Source: Sphaeroforma arctica JP610 (Eukaryota). Taken from it: 41,141 nt of DNA. The stretch is taken from contig NW_014040484.1 of NCBI RefSeq assembly GCF_001186125.1, positions 106,314 through 147,454 of the forward strand, given 5' to 3'. Made by a program: the position numbers and the translations under genes. The notes under the pieces are model-generated. The model was not told the origin of the DNA, ran no database searches, and worked only from the letters and a program-made list of their open reading frames with translations. Shown here one piece after another: positions 1-19,700 of this stretch (the stretch's first letter is position 1; each line of letters begins with the position of its first letter).

Positions 1-842
1 GTTAACATAAGAATATGCATATATCGAGGCAGATGTAATTGAATAAGTGTGTCAAATATTGTATCTTAGCTATTACAATCCAGAAGTGTGTCTAGTCACA
101 CATTTTTGGATTGACAATGCTTGTGACTTGAGCGCATGGTCAGAATGTGAATTATTGGCGATATATTCTGTAGAAACTGAACAATATATGCGGAAGGAGT
201 AGTACATCCAGGGAAGTCATATCGACAGTAACACAATATACTGAAATGTAACGCAATGTTGTGTTTCACGATACTGACTCCCAATTTGCTAAAGTATTAC
301 CTATGTGTGACTACTCCATCAGTGGAATTAAAACGAAGATATTCCGCTTAGCGGGTTCGAACTGCACTCTCACTAGCATAGGATGCTGCGTCGAATGCAA
401 CTCTCACACGCGTCTTCCATTTCCATCTAAGATATAGTCGAGATCAAACACAGACGTGTAAAATTTTAATGTGTACGTTTGCACAGATACAATCAGCTCT
501 GTTCGCTACAAGAACTTCTCATATAATTATATCAAGACATGGTTGTTCAATCCGTACAATGTTGACCTTCAAACCTCACATCTGTTATAGAATTGTACAC
601 TCGCATTGATGCTTCTATCTATAGTGCATCATCAGCTTTCACATCCCCAACTACCACTCCTTTAAAATACTTAGCACGCGCCCTACCACAATTATGTGCG
701 GTGCTTAACTGAACAAGAGACTTTTGTACGGGTCCTAATAGGATCCGATGCAAGGGCTGAGACTTAAAAAGCGAGGTTCCTTCACATGATAACAATACTT
801 GCAAGTTTCACTAGTAAATTGTGTTCACACTTAAACTCCTAG

Positions 843-3800
843 GGCCCCCGGAATCTTCTATTGACGGGACTCTTTGGGTCGGCGGCATCGATGTTTGCAT
901 TCGGCAGCTTAAACTCCACTGCGACCTTGTTATTTTTCATGATGCTCAATGGATCATTCCAGGTAGGCTCGTTCTAAGCTGTTTAGTAGTCACTAACTCA
1001 TACACAGGTCCTCTATAATCTAATAAATTAATGTGTAGTTTCTACTCGTATACGCTATTGTAAACTGGTTCTCTTTGTCTTTGCCCTGCGATGTTGTTAG
1101 ATTTGCTCCCGTATCGAGTCGCATGCAATCGCGCTTACGCTAATCTACAAAGAATTAAGACAAAGATAGCTCACTATAAAACGACAGCTCACTATACCAA
1201 CAAAAGTTGATCTCATCAAAATTTTAGTCGCAAAAGTTTAGGAATGCTTTTTTCAAATATAGCAGCATGTGCGCATGAGGGTTTTGCGAACTCAACTTTC
1301 TTTTGGCAGATCAGCCCGCACCACACATCTTTAAACTTGACTTTTCGACTGCTTCGTAGGTTGATAGAGATTTATTAGACATTTTAACGGCTTGTATCTC
1401 GCCTTAAAGTTTGTTCGTGAAGTAACTTTGCAATCGACGATGCACACCTCTCCTTCTGCAGAATTAGATATGATTGAAAATTACATTAACTACAATATTA
1501 TCCAATAGGTTTAGACTACCAGTAACTCAATTGTATTTTTCTCATCGCTTTCTAGGCACTCTTGTGGCCCAACTGTGTTAAATCCGTAGCTCCATGGATG
1601 AGTCAGTCTGTGCGAGCGAAGTACTACGGTGTCTGGGGTGCCAGTCCATATGTAAGTTCAATTAACTCTTCAAGATAAATCAATGAACTGTGTAGTATAA
1701 ACTGGGACCGTGATGTAGCACGGAACGAGAGTGGGGCGCAAATAGTCTGTATCTAGCACGCTCGATTGGATTGAACCACCTGCACGCAACAATGCTTGAC
1801 CATTCTGTATGCATGTCTACCTGGGTGCCTGCGCTGGTGTCACGTCACGATTGCACCCACTGTGTTCACCTCTGTGTACAGTGATGAAAGCGTACATGCA
1901 TGGTACTTTACGCAATCTTGTGCCTACCCTGTGCGTCGTGGGCTTCATAGCCCTTCGACAGATTAACGTGCGATTTGGCTGGCCACCTTGTCCGTGTACT
2001 CCTCTGAAAGACGAGACAGGTATCGCAGATACTCATCGCCCTTCCCTGCATATTCTTTCCATACCCTCATTTTCGACAACGCTTGTTTGGGCTAGTTTGA
2101 ATTAATGCACAAAACGTTTACGGCCGTGCCTGCTCTTCTCATATCTCATATTATTTTGCTTTTACCAGTGTTGGTCGGTGTATGAATCATGTACGCGCGT
2201 GTCGAACTGACGTTTCACTCTTGTTCCTGGCCGACATACATTCTGTGAATAAATTCGATATTCGATATTGCACATTCAATACAGGTGGGCGGTGTACTAG
2301 CGACGGCATTCGCAGTGTACCTACTCGAGATTGGTGGCTGGAGAAATTGCTTTCAACTTCCGGCTATAGTTGTATGCAGTCAGATGCTGACGTGTACCTG
2401 TCATTCATGCATGTTTGCAACGGTCAAATAACTAGACGAGACTGAGAGTGCAGCTCCTGTTGTACGTCGTGCGATGGATACGTTTCCATATCTCAAACGC
2501 CCACTAAATAACAGCATGCTGTTCTTCTCTATGTTCGCTTGATATCATGCCTATATTTATCCTATATATGTATACTACCATCACATTTGTTGTACTTATA
2601 ATATTGCCAGTATACGGGGAGGTATCAAAAGACGAACCTATATGCAGGATATCGCAGTCTCAATGCGTATGTTTAGATGTGAGCGAGAGCTTCTTCAAAA
2701 CGAGTATATTTACTACAATTTTCGTCGTCTACACAAAAGTGGATAAAGAAAGTGGTGTAGTGGTGTATATTATTAAAAATGTAGTCTATATACATATCTA
2801 TCACTAAATAGATAATATAACACATATCTCGTAGTCGAAGAAACACAGTAGGGAAGGGGTGTACTCGCTAATATACACCGTTTTGGGTATTAGCTATAGT
2901 CAGAGATAGCAGACATACACGTATGTGAACTAAGTCGAGTACATACACGCACATGCAGGTCATGTTTCTCACAAATATCTACTATTGGGCAATGCTCAAC
3001 TAAAAAAAAATATTTTTTATACACAACTATATTACGCCAGGTGGCCTTCGTGGGTTTGCTCAATGTCATGTATCTCAGATCTCCAAGTGAGGTGGGTGTG
3101 GCGGCACCGAACCCATCTGCAGCCACGAGCAAGAAGATTGGTATGTTATTGGAGACGGGCACAGATAAAAGAAGTATGTGTAAGATTTGAGTTCGTTTTT
3201 ATTATGGACTGTGCTATCGGATTCTAAAGTGTCAGAACAGTGATGTAATATGCTAAAGAATATATCACACGAATCCGTGGAGCTACTGAAGATTGGCTCG
3301 GCCGTCATGCTATATCCATCCCAGGGATACATTTTACACGCCCTCACTGTCGCACTTGCACTGCACACAACTTCAGTAAAGCACAACGCACACAATTCGC
3401 TTCTGGAATCATTGACACTTGGGCATACTGAGATTCGATCACCGATTAAACACCATGGCTATTCGTGTCGGCCTCCAGCTGGAATTGAGATTCACTACCC
3501 TGCTGTATGCATAACCATGCGAGTACTATTGCATATTCTTCCTTCTTCAGATATGTAAAACACTACTATTGCACATGAATAGGTTCACAAACAACGAATA
3601 GCATCTCAACAGTAGAGGCCATGACAATTCCTGGGGTACCGGCCTCTAGTCTCAGTTTCTTTTTCATCAAGCTCACGCGATACGCCCTTATGATGTGGCT
3701 GCCACTGTATCTCACAAAGGTGTGTGCCTTATCTGCGTATCGGACGTTATTTCGGTTAATAGGGAAGTGGCTTCTACATCTCAAAGTGCGATGTGTGTCT

Positions 3801-6146
3801 CATCAATTCATGGCGAGGATCAGATACGATATGTAAGCATTGGTGGTATCAACGGACATTGTCTATGGTTATGCTCCACCCTCCCCCTTTGAGCTTTTTC
3901 ATATCTATGGGTATGCCACTCGACCGTAGTAAACACCACCCCATAACTCGTACCTGCATTGCAGTGTAGTCAGTGTATGGTGTTTTAAGGTTTCTCGTAT
4001 GACCAATCTGCATTCGACGGCTCATGCAACGCTAAATTAGCTATTTTCTTTTTAAAGCAGAAGGTCGTGGCGCAGCAGGTTTCTTCGGCATCTGCACCTT
4101 GCCATTAAGCTTTAGTGCAAACCTTATAGTGTTGTTCGGACAAATAGAACCAGTACACCACCTCAAGGCTCTCATAGCTGTTTCAACCGTAGTTCTCTGT
4201 TATTTACATGATATAGCCTGTGCGAATGCACTTGAGTGGCAATACACTCTACGCCTTGTGCCTTGCTCTGATGACACAACACTCTAGCAGTCACATGGGA
4301 ACCATTTTGCTAGTATTGGGTATGTATATTGGACTCCAAATGTGGTGGCCCTCCAGAGATATACCCGAGAAGTGTTAAACTATACCACATGTTATTTCCC
4401 TGGAATCACGCAGTATTCCTTGGCTCATGATCGCAGCCTACTAATCTCAAGCCGTGCTTGATATCTGGGAATTGACTCACTAATTGACTATTTATTCTTT
4501 ACCTTTTTCGCAGGTAGTGCACCTCCCTGAGGACACTGCCGGGTTTCTGTCACTGTGTTTCGAAGTTGGCGGCGCTATCTCCGCTCCGTTCGCTATGCCT
4601 GTGTGTTCATACTTTGTGAACGGTCGCTTAATCCGGGGAGTGGCAATCTACCAGGTCACTATGGGGGTAGGTGTACTGTAGTCATGGAAGGCGAGTCATA
4701 CCATCAAGTGCGTATACACACTTTCAATAGGCGAGGGACTCTTGCTTGCCTCTTTAGGAGTGAAATCACGAGTCCTTGCGCGACATTCTGTGCATAGGAA
4801 TCAGCGCATACATGGTGCATGCATGCACCTATAACATCAGCTATGTTGCAGAGATTCATTGATTTGAAAATGCTGAATAACAGTCACATTTCGCCCCGGC
4901 CACGTGCGTGACGAGCAATACATGCGGCATGACAGCGACAGCTTCTCTTCCATCACAATAGTATAAGTCCTTTTGCTTCGTGTTGAAAACCACATGCTCA
5001 CACAGCATCTCTTATCGATAAATCTGCAGCGCAGGCCGTAGCCTATACTTAAATATACAGCTTTTCTTTGTAGCGTAGCCATGCGTTGCAACCGTCAGTT
5101 GCAGAAGCATCTGGTTCGAATCATTCAACGCGTTTTGATTTCTATACTATGCTCATGCAGGTGATTCTGGTAGTATTCATTCTGACATCCTCCTACGGGA
5201 GTCTGATGGTCATGGCGCTGTGTATAGGTATCGCAGGAGTGTGTTCTAATTCGTGCGACATGTTGCTGAGTGGGCCCATAGCAACAGACTTTGGCGAGAT
5301 CGATGGCATGAATGTTCAGGCAACTGTGGCCGGCCTCATTAATGGTGTGTGTACATGAATTCGGAAAGTAACGATACAAATGCGTGTACACATGCGCAGC
5401 TGATTTTCCTATATTCAAACATGAGTGTTGCACTATCTACGACAGTGAACGTGAGTTAAGATAGGTGCAATTAGATACAAAGTAAGTGTTTGTTAGTAAT
5501 TTTTCGTGGAATTTATGCTTGTGCGTATAAGTATGCATGGGCTGCATATGGAGTTCGTCCAAAACTATTGGCTTTGAACGCACCTATGAAGATCTTTCTA
5601 TCTACATCGATCTATTGCATGCCGAAGAATAGATATATATAAGGGCATAGAATGATATTCCCTAAAACCGACAGCGACCAAGATCTTTATTTGGACGAAA
5701 AAGACAATCTATAGTTTTATTTTACAGAGGGTGATCCAGAGGTAATGTGCACGCTTGCCTATTGTAGTTCCAACTTGTCTACTTACCGTATACTGCAACA
5801 ATCGACTCCACGCTTATCCGTTGCGCGATCGCCCACAGGCAATCTCGTGCGGCTACAGGATCTCGTTAGTTTTACGCCGCACTTCGGCCACGCTATGGAT
5901 TTGTTTCTTGTTAAAATGGTGTCTTACATCTGCACTTGTACTTTGCATGCCCTTAATATTCCAGGAGTGGGCTGTCTGGGCAGTGTGCTGCAGGGCTTGG
6001 TCATTGGTGGTGTCTCCGACACTTACGGATGGGAGTATGTTTTCTACTTTATTATTCTGCTCTCATTTGCCGCTGCCGCGGTGCTCGTGCCAGCATTCCC
6101 TGTCGACGATCGGATACAGATGAAAAAAACCATACAACTTCCATGA
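843..6146 (+). CDS. MFS organophosphate:Pi antiporter-family transporter (SLC37/GlpT-like sugar-phosphate exchanger), 5'-partial, at least 8 exons
   Basis: GT-AG exons 843-962, 1556-1651, 2285-2371, 3041-3140, 3583-3719, 4514-4654 (donor uncertain), 5161-5344 and 5965-6146 join in frame. They give GPRNLLLTGLFGS..NGSFQ|ALLWPNCVKSVAPW..RAKYYGVWG|VGGVLA..GGWRNCF..FFIKLTRYALMMWLPLYL..FEVGG..ATVAGLINGVGCLGSVLQG..YGWEYVF, which matches SLC37/OPA helices and motifs. The first exon(s) were not found and probably lie upstream of the window. Confidence 0.85.
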
Positions 6147-8950
6147 TGCAATTAGTAGGCTGCTTCTATTGAAAAGAGATATATATATATATACATATAT
6201 AAACTCTGTTCATAGTGAGTCTCCACGCAGTAGCTAGTACATTGTTACCACAGGGATGGTATCGGGAACGGGCTACGTGGGTGGGGACGTAGTTCTTCGG
6301 CTCGTTGCTTGCCTTTTAGATTTGATAAGCATCGCGTTCAATAACGACCAACATCCAACGTCTGTCATGTGTTCAGAAGGACAGTTGAGCTGAAATTCGT
6401 ATAATGATAATGCAGAGGCTGAAACATACCCTTCTGCCTGTTGTAGGAGGCTATGGTAACTACATTGCATATGCAATACCTGCTCAGCGAATGGTTGGCT
6501 AATCTGAGGTGGCATTTTATAGTGTTTTTGACGCCGAAGTTGCTATAGACTTGAATACACGTTTTCGATGGATGGGCTTGATCTTAGCTATCTTTTGAGC
6601 GTGGCTTTTTGCGCATAAAACGTACACTTCTGAACTTATTATAAGTCATGATAGGTACATATATTTTTGTAATGGCATATCTACGCATATTGTGGTATCG
6701 TCAACCATATTATGATAATCTACCGCTCATATACACAAATGCTTGATATGTACACATAAGTATGATTATCTCGGTAAAATTTGCAGCGGTTCTCGAAACG
6801 CATTCCGTACGACTGCACTGCAACTATGTAACCTCGCATATCAAGCCGATTCAGTTATAATTGCAAGGATTTAAAAACAAATATACTTGCAAGGATTAAA
6901 AATGAGACTTTACCTCCAAGCAAAGTATCCTTGAATATAGCCAATTTCGGATAAATTTGCGTGTAAACCCTGCTGAACGAGATTCACACCAAATCAACCG
7001 TAGACTCTTACAACCGCTGGTTCTTGCGTGCAACTACTCAAAGTCTGCCTCGCTGAGAACAAGCCGGCTAACAAATGCTAGTCGCTAGGTCCATAAAAAA
7101 ATGTGTGTGAAGACTAGGATATGAGTCAGATGAAGAGAGTGGATTATTATACATATATGACTAATTTTGTTGATTATACAATACTTGTTCAGACCACGCT
7201 TATCCTTATACCTCGCAAGTCGTTCATGCCGCTTCAACAGCCGCCGACCCCAAGCACCAGGTGTATGAACTACTGCAGCCAGTGCATAACATGGCTGCCC
7301 CTTTTAGCCGAAAAAAAACCCCCCCACCAAAATCGTTTAAAAACATTTGTTATGCTTGACAGAACAGTGTCGGCATCGATGCTTCAGAACGGGCGTTGGG
7401 TCCCAGCTCACTCCTCTAGAAACGCACACCGATTCCAACAATTGCCAAATATATATCATACTTGGTAGAAACTGCAACATGGGAAGGGTTGGGTCGTCAA
7501 ACCCGATCCGAGAAACAACAATGGCAAATTGTACTTAGAAGGGTATGGTATCTTTGATATGTGTCAAATGCCCACACTTTATTGCTAAAAGTGGTCGATC
7601 GATCTTTATAGATAATGTTTATTGCAGCGGAGATACTATTGTGGGCAATACGCCGTACAATGTGCGACTTGCGAGTGTACTAAACGAAGTAAAACGAGAA
7701 TCTTTCTTATTCAATGAGCAGCGAATAATCACTCGGATACTGTGATATGTTTACGGGTAGCTACCCTTCTGGCTTCCCTGATGCACTGTTTAAAATTGGC
7801 AATTGGATGATTGTTTTTGTGAATCGAATAATTTAGAACTGAATTATGTAGTGCACAGCGTGACATTCCTTCATGGAGTCACGGAGCTACATATTACTCA
7901 TCGGAATATTTAGGAGCTAGGGCCATATATTGATTATTGATTGTATTCAGGCCGCGATTAACGATTTCGAGGACGGTTGTTATTGTATGTGCCAACAGTC
8001 AACAACTTTATACGCTGGCGGTATAGCGCCATGTCTCACAGCATTCGGTGATATGGGTAGTCAATTCACACCCATGACATTCGAAGCGCTGTATCACTAC
8101 AAATTGGTAGACCAAGCATCTTCTTACTACTTAGTACGCTCGGCAGGTCACTGTGTTTCTTGCCACTCCCCGCTATCAACGACACCTTAGTCACCACCGG
8201 ATTGAGCGGTGGTCAGCAAATGTGATACAGTAAATAGACACGTTTCCTAATAAACCCGCTGAGATGGTAATTATTCCACTCTACACGGCGGAAGATAAGT
8301 TGAGTCTCTACAAGCAGTGAATAGAATATGTATTCATCCTCTACTTTACTCTCTACCTTGCCCAGTACTACTACTCAAAGTATTCACCCTCTACTTCTGA
8401 CTGAAATCCGAAACTAGTGCACAGTGCACACTCATTGGATTGATCTACTGACTAGAATATATTGGCTTACTTCGCTTTATTAAGGCATAATGCAGTGATG
8501 GCACACAAGAAGCAGGGGCATGTCACATTAGAATATGCACTATACGATATCGTGCTCGGAACATAAAAGCTTGTGGGCGTTTAATCACTGATCAGGCGCC
8601 AGTTGCGTTCTTATGTACTTTACAGTTCTAATTCAGCTCGTACAAACTGATTACGCTTATGGAAACTTTGCCGGTTCTGGTATACGATTCTTACTATCAT
8701 GTTATTTTCTCTACTTCTCAACATCCCAACACTTGTGGTAATCACGTAGGTCTAATTACATACTATACATATACGTACATGTAGACAAGTATGTTTACAG
8801 ATTTAATATGTATTATCATCTTATTTGCGGCGGCGGAACAAGGACCGAAACTCATACCCCTTTATTTATCACAAGGGCGTGATATCCAACACCATCGTTG
8901 CAAATATAAGCGGAAAACAAATATATAACTGTATGCATATCCTTAAAATC

Positions 8951-9018
8951 ACCATTTATCTAGTTGTAGAACTTTTACCATTCTTGTCGGCATAGTCAAC
9001 TGTGATAGACGCGGCCAC
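8951..9018 (-). pseudogene. Degenerate copy of the last ~19 codons, stop and 3' flank of HADHA
   Basis: The minus strand reads GTT GAC TAT GCC GAC AAG AAT GGT AAA AG TTC TAC AAC TAG ATAAATGGT, against the gene's GTA GAC TAC GCC AAG AAT GGC AAG AAG TTC TAC AAT TAG ATAAATGATGGT. Confidence 0.75.
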
Positions 9019-9183
9019 CTAAAGATTGGCAGCATGATAATGTTGAATTGTAAAATTATAGAAGCATTTTTACTATTCTGTCGTACTCCTTTATTTTCCA
9101 GGTACTTCCGACATAATTCGAATATTGCATGTATGGCACTATTTTAATCATTCATCAACTCATCCTCTTCAACCATCATTTAT

Positions 9184-15238
<6,055 letters not shown>

Positions 15239-15239
15239 C

Positions 15240-16758
15240 TAGAAAACATAGTCGATATATGCCACGCGATACACAAATTAGTGGGTATGTATGGTGTATG
15301 GTATATCTCGCCGCGTATTCCTCAATATAAATGTATGTAAATTTTTGGTCGAAAAGTATGTATACACAGTCACTCACACAGGGGGAAAGTCTTGCCATAG
15401 TCCAGGCACCAGACTCTACCAAAAATAAATAAATAATAATCACTATTCATTGAAAATTGAAAGTGAGAGATGTCACAGTCTGTCACATGATTTGACACTC
15501 CGAGGTGCAGGAAGTATAAAACGTAAAACAATTTGTACCCAAAACTAGTTTATGCCCCGTGGTAGAAGATCAGCTCAATACTGACGGGTTTATAAACGTA
15601 TTTTTGCTTTATTATTATCCTAAATTTCCAAACAAAGTTGAAGGGTGATTTAAAACCTAAATTTCAGCAGCAGTATGTTTGAAATTTGATATAGGTAAAT
15701 CATACGGCACTGACCTGGGTATACGGACATTTGAATAATATGAGACATAATCTGGGCATTTAAAACTGTATGTTTTTATTTCTTGTTGTTTTGAATTTTT
15801 TGAAGTTCCACAACGATAAAGTGAGCTTTGGTTGAGATAGTATAAGTGTGATCCTATTGGCCTATAGAGTTTAAGCGGGCTGTTAAAAAATTTCGAAAGA
15901 ACTTTCAATTTTTAAGGGGGTATGAAACATGACAATAACGTGACATCTTTGTTGTCAAGGACTCAAGGCGACAAGGGGGCAGGCCGTCAAGTCGGGCAGG
16001 GTGATGGTAATTCATAAATTCAGCGTATACGTTTTCATTTTTTTTAAACGTTGTGACGTGAAAGCGGGATAGAAAAGGCCTGACCTACTATTCAAGACAA
16101 TAGGAGTACATATAGGACTATCTGATAAAATAGTTCTTTGTACTGCACCTCAGAATCCAAACAGGACACCCACGTCAATTATACAGGACAAACACAAAAG
16201 TACAATCTGAGCGTATGTATGTGTTGTTATAAATATACTTTGCAACGTAAACGTGAAGATTAGGCCTGGGCAACTGGGGCAAGCTCTATAAAAAGAATTT
16301 ATTTACCTCTCCCTCTCCCTCTCGCTCTTTCTCTCTCTCTTTCTTTCTACATACTAGCTATTTATTTAAAAAAAATTCATTACTAATAAATAGGATTCGA
16401 CAATATAGTAAATGTGTCTCTCACTCACAGTGGAGCGGAGTGACGACTAAAATTTAAAACACAAGTATTAACAACTGACGAGTCCTGTGTGACACATCGC
16501 GGGCTGACACGCCTGACAGCAATGTAATAATATTTTTAATTTTGATACTTTTATAGATTAATAACTCAATCTCCGATTTGCTTTTGCATTCATAAGAGAG
16601 TAAGAAGCGACAATTCGACTGTCGTGTCGTGTGCTGAACCACCGTAGTAGAATTATATTGATATTTCTAACGTGTATTTAGCAGTTTTTTTGATAAGACT
16701 CGCTCACAACGTTTGTTACTAAGAGGTCTTTAGTTCGTTTGTACGTGCGAAGACAGCT
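15240..16758. promoter_or_regulatory. Probable bidirectional promoter region between HADHA (-) and the F-box/WD40 gene (+)
   Basis: Head-to-head gene arrangement, a CT-rich tract at 16306-16349, and clustered TGACA/TGTCA and TGACGT motifs. Confidence 0.5.
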
Positions 16759-19700
16759 ATGCAGTCGATAACTGATATGGCAGGAGCCGTAAAATGGTTT
16801 GAATCACTGAGCTCGGCGCAGAAACGAGAAGCTTTGCTACAGTTTGCGCACTTGACCCCGACATACACATTGAGCAATCTACACGAAGAGATAGGCAAGT
16901 ATGCGTATGATTGATTCACCTCCTGTGATACATCAAAATACACAGCGGGAAAATTTAGAGTTTAGATATAGATACAAGAGGCCAACTTTATATTATGTAT
17001 CTATGAATCTTTGTATGTATGTATATACAAATTTGANNNNNNNNNNNNNNNNNNNNNNNNNNNNNNNNNNNNNNNNNNNNNNNNNNNNNNNNNNNNNNNN
17101 NNNNNNNNNNNNNNNNNNNNNNNNNNNNNNNNNNNNNNNNNNNNNNNNNNNNNNNNNNNNNNNNNNNNNNNNNNNNNNNNNNNNNNNNNNNNNNNNNNNN
17201 NNNNNNNNNNNNNNNNNNNNNNNNNNNNNNNNNNNNNNNNNNNNNNNNNNNNNNNNNNNNNNNNNNNNNNNNNNNNNNNNNNNNNNNNNNNNNNNNNNNN
17301 NNNNNNNNNNNNNNNNNNNNNNNNNNNNNNNNNNNNNNNNNNNNNNNNNNNNNNNNNNNNNNNNNNNNNNNNNNNNNNNNNNNNNNNNNNNNNNNNNNNN
17401 NNNNNNNNNNNNNNNNNNNNNNNNNNNNNNNNNNNNNNNNNNNNNNNNNNNNNNNNNNNNNNNNNNNNNNNNNNNNNNNNNNNNNNNNNNNNNNNNNNNN
17501 NNNNNNNNNNNNNNNNNNNNNNNNNNNNNNNNNNNNNNNNNNNNNNNNNNNNNNNNNNNNNNNNNNNNNNNNNNNNNNNNNNNNNNNNNNNNNNNNNNNN
17601 NNNNNNNNNNNNNNNNNNNNNNNNNNNNNNNNNNNNNNNNNNNNNNNNNNNNNNNNNNNNNNNNNNNNNNNNNNNNNNNNNNNNNNNNNNNNNNNNNNNN
17701 NNNNNNNNNNNNNNNNNNNNNNNNNNNNNNNNNNNNNNNNNNNNNNNNNNNNNNNNNNNNNNNNNNNNNNNNNNNNNNNNNNNNNNNNNNNNNNNNNNNN
17801 NNNNNNNNNNNNNNNNNNNNNNNNNNNNNNNNNNNNNNNNNNNNNNNNNNNNNNNNNNNNNNNNNNNNNNNNNNNNNNNNNNNNNNNNNNNNNNNNNNNN
17901 NNNNNNNNNNNNNNNNNNNNNNNNNNNNNNNNNNNNNNNNNNNNNNNNNNNNNNNNNNNNNNNNNNNNNNNNNNNNNNNNNNNNNNNNNNNNNNNNNNNN
18001 NNNNNNNNNNNNNNNNNNNNNNNCGTACATGTCTATTTCGATATAAATGTATATAGAAATACCGATAAGCATGAATATAATATTGTAGACAACCCACCTG
18101 ACAAGAATTGCAATTCCTGCTATTTAAGAATGATCGCATCGCGAGTGCTACTTGATCAACAGAAGTAGTACATTGTCTAATATACGATTATTTCGATGTT
18201 TTCAGTTTCACGCTTTCCGACCCAACAATGACAAAGACTTCTACGCGTATAAATCCGAAATTGAGAGCAACTGGTATGTGAGTGCTTTTGTTTGGGGTTT
18301 AGTAGTGTCACGTCTTGAGTCATGATTTTTGGTAGAGTCAATCCAAGATATGCACTCGTATCTCTCCTTGTCAGTTTAAACCCCAGCTAAGCTTGTAGGT
18401 ATCGCTTATCGAATTTCGCTATTCAAAAGTGGTTGTTGTTAAGGAAAGCAACACCCACATACTCTACGTCGCGAGCCTTGCTCCGATACATTCCTTCCCT
18501 TTGTCCTCGATTCCTGGGACTTATGTTGGGCAAAAAGCCAGCCCCTTCTCTAGAATGTACACACGCGCACACACATACACACACACACTCACACATACAC
18601 TCAATGCAACACCAATTTATGAATCAGGCTACATGGCAAGTACCTTACGCGCCGTTTCCGAGGGCACACGAAGGCGGTGTTCTGTCTGCAGATGGTGGAT
18701 TCGGTGCTGTACAGCGGTTCGTTCGATCACACGATTAAGGTATGATGTATGTATGTGTATTTGTGTTTACATGGACATCGTGTTAGTTTATGTGTGCGTG
18801 TGAGTCCGTCGCTTGTGCACAGTTGGTTTTACATGCACAATGTGTGGCCACACAAATGTGTAGTTACTTGCGAATAGCTGTCAACTTAGAACATACTGTC
18901 AAGACACAGAACATATATGGTGTGAATTCCATGTATATGTGAGAGCACAGAACGATTGTTCGGACTGGGCTGCATATTTGTGCCTTCGACCACTGAATTA
19001 TTAGTTGTGTGCATTGTATGCGTGCAAGAGTGTGCATGTATATTACAAAAAGAGCGATTTTCATGGTCGCTTGTGTGCGTGTGTGTGTGTGCGGGCGGTT
19101 TGCGTACCCGTTCGTAGTGAGATATATTGCCCGTGTGTATGTGACTCGCTGTGTACGTACATGGGGTATTGTGCAAATGCATATACCAATATTTACTCGT
19201 GTACAATGGTTTCTGATCAATCACATCACTTGTACCAGTGCAAGTGCAACTCATAAACTACCGTCACCCCATATGATTACTCATGTTCCTTGTGTGTGTT
19301 TTTATCCATGGTTGTAATCACATACTCGTAGGTTTGGAATCTGGCCTCGGGCGAGTGTCTCAAGACTATTCAAGCACATGACAATGGAGTCAGTTGTCTG
19401 CGCTATGAATCGGGCGTACTTGTGACCGGATCTTCCGATAATACACTGGTATGTATGTGCACACAAGTTATCGTATCTTCAGTTCATACGTACTTTTTTA
19501 AATTTTAAATCTAGGGCCTGAGCCACGCATACAGGTGTGCTGATAAAACCATCTACTGGCATATGAACGTATGCCTGTAAGATATTCTGTCTTTCTTATC
19601 TATGAGTTTTCTAGCGCAGGGGACACAGGAGCACACAAAGAACATAACAGCGGGCTACCACCTCTGCTCCAAATCGGACGTATTCTCTACGTCGACAGCA

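Noticed and set aside
345..370. GGTTCGAAC B-box, possible tRNA
   Set aside because: No cloverleaf or A-box could be built around it.
15600..15920. 83-aa ORF or MITE in the promoter region
   Set aside because: No recognisable protein motif and no terminal inverted repeats or TSD could be found.
16901..18168. Long ORFs of 359-385 aa
   Set aside because: Artefacts of translating across the N gap.
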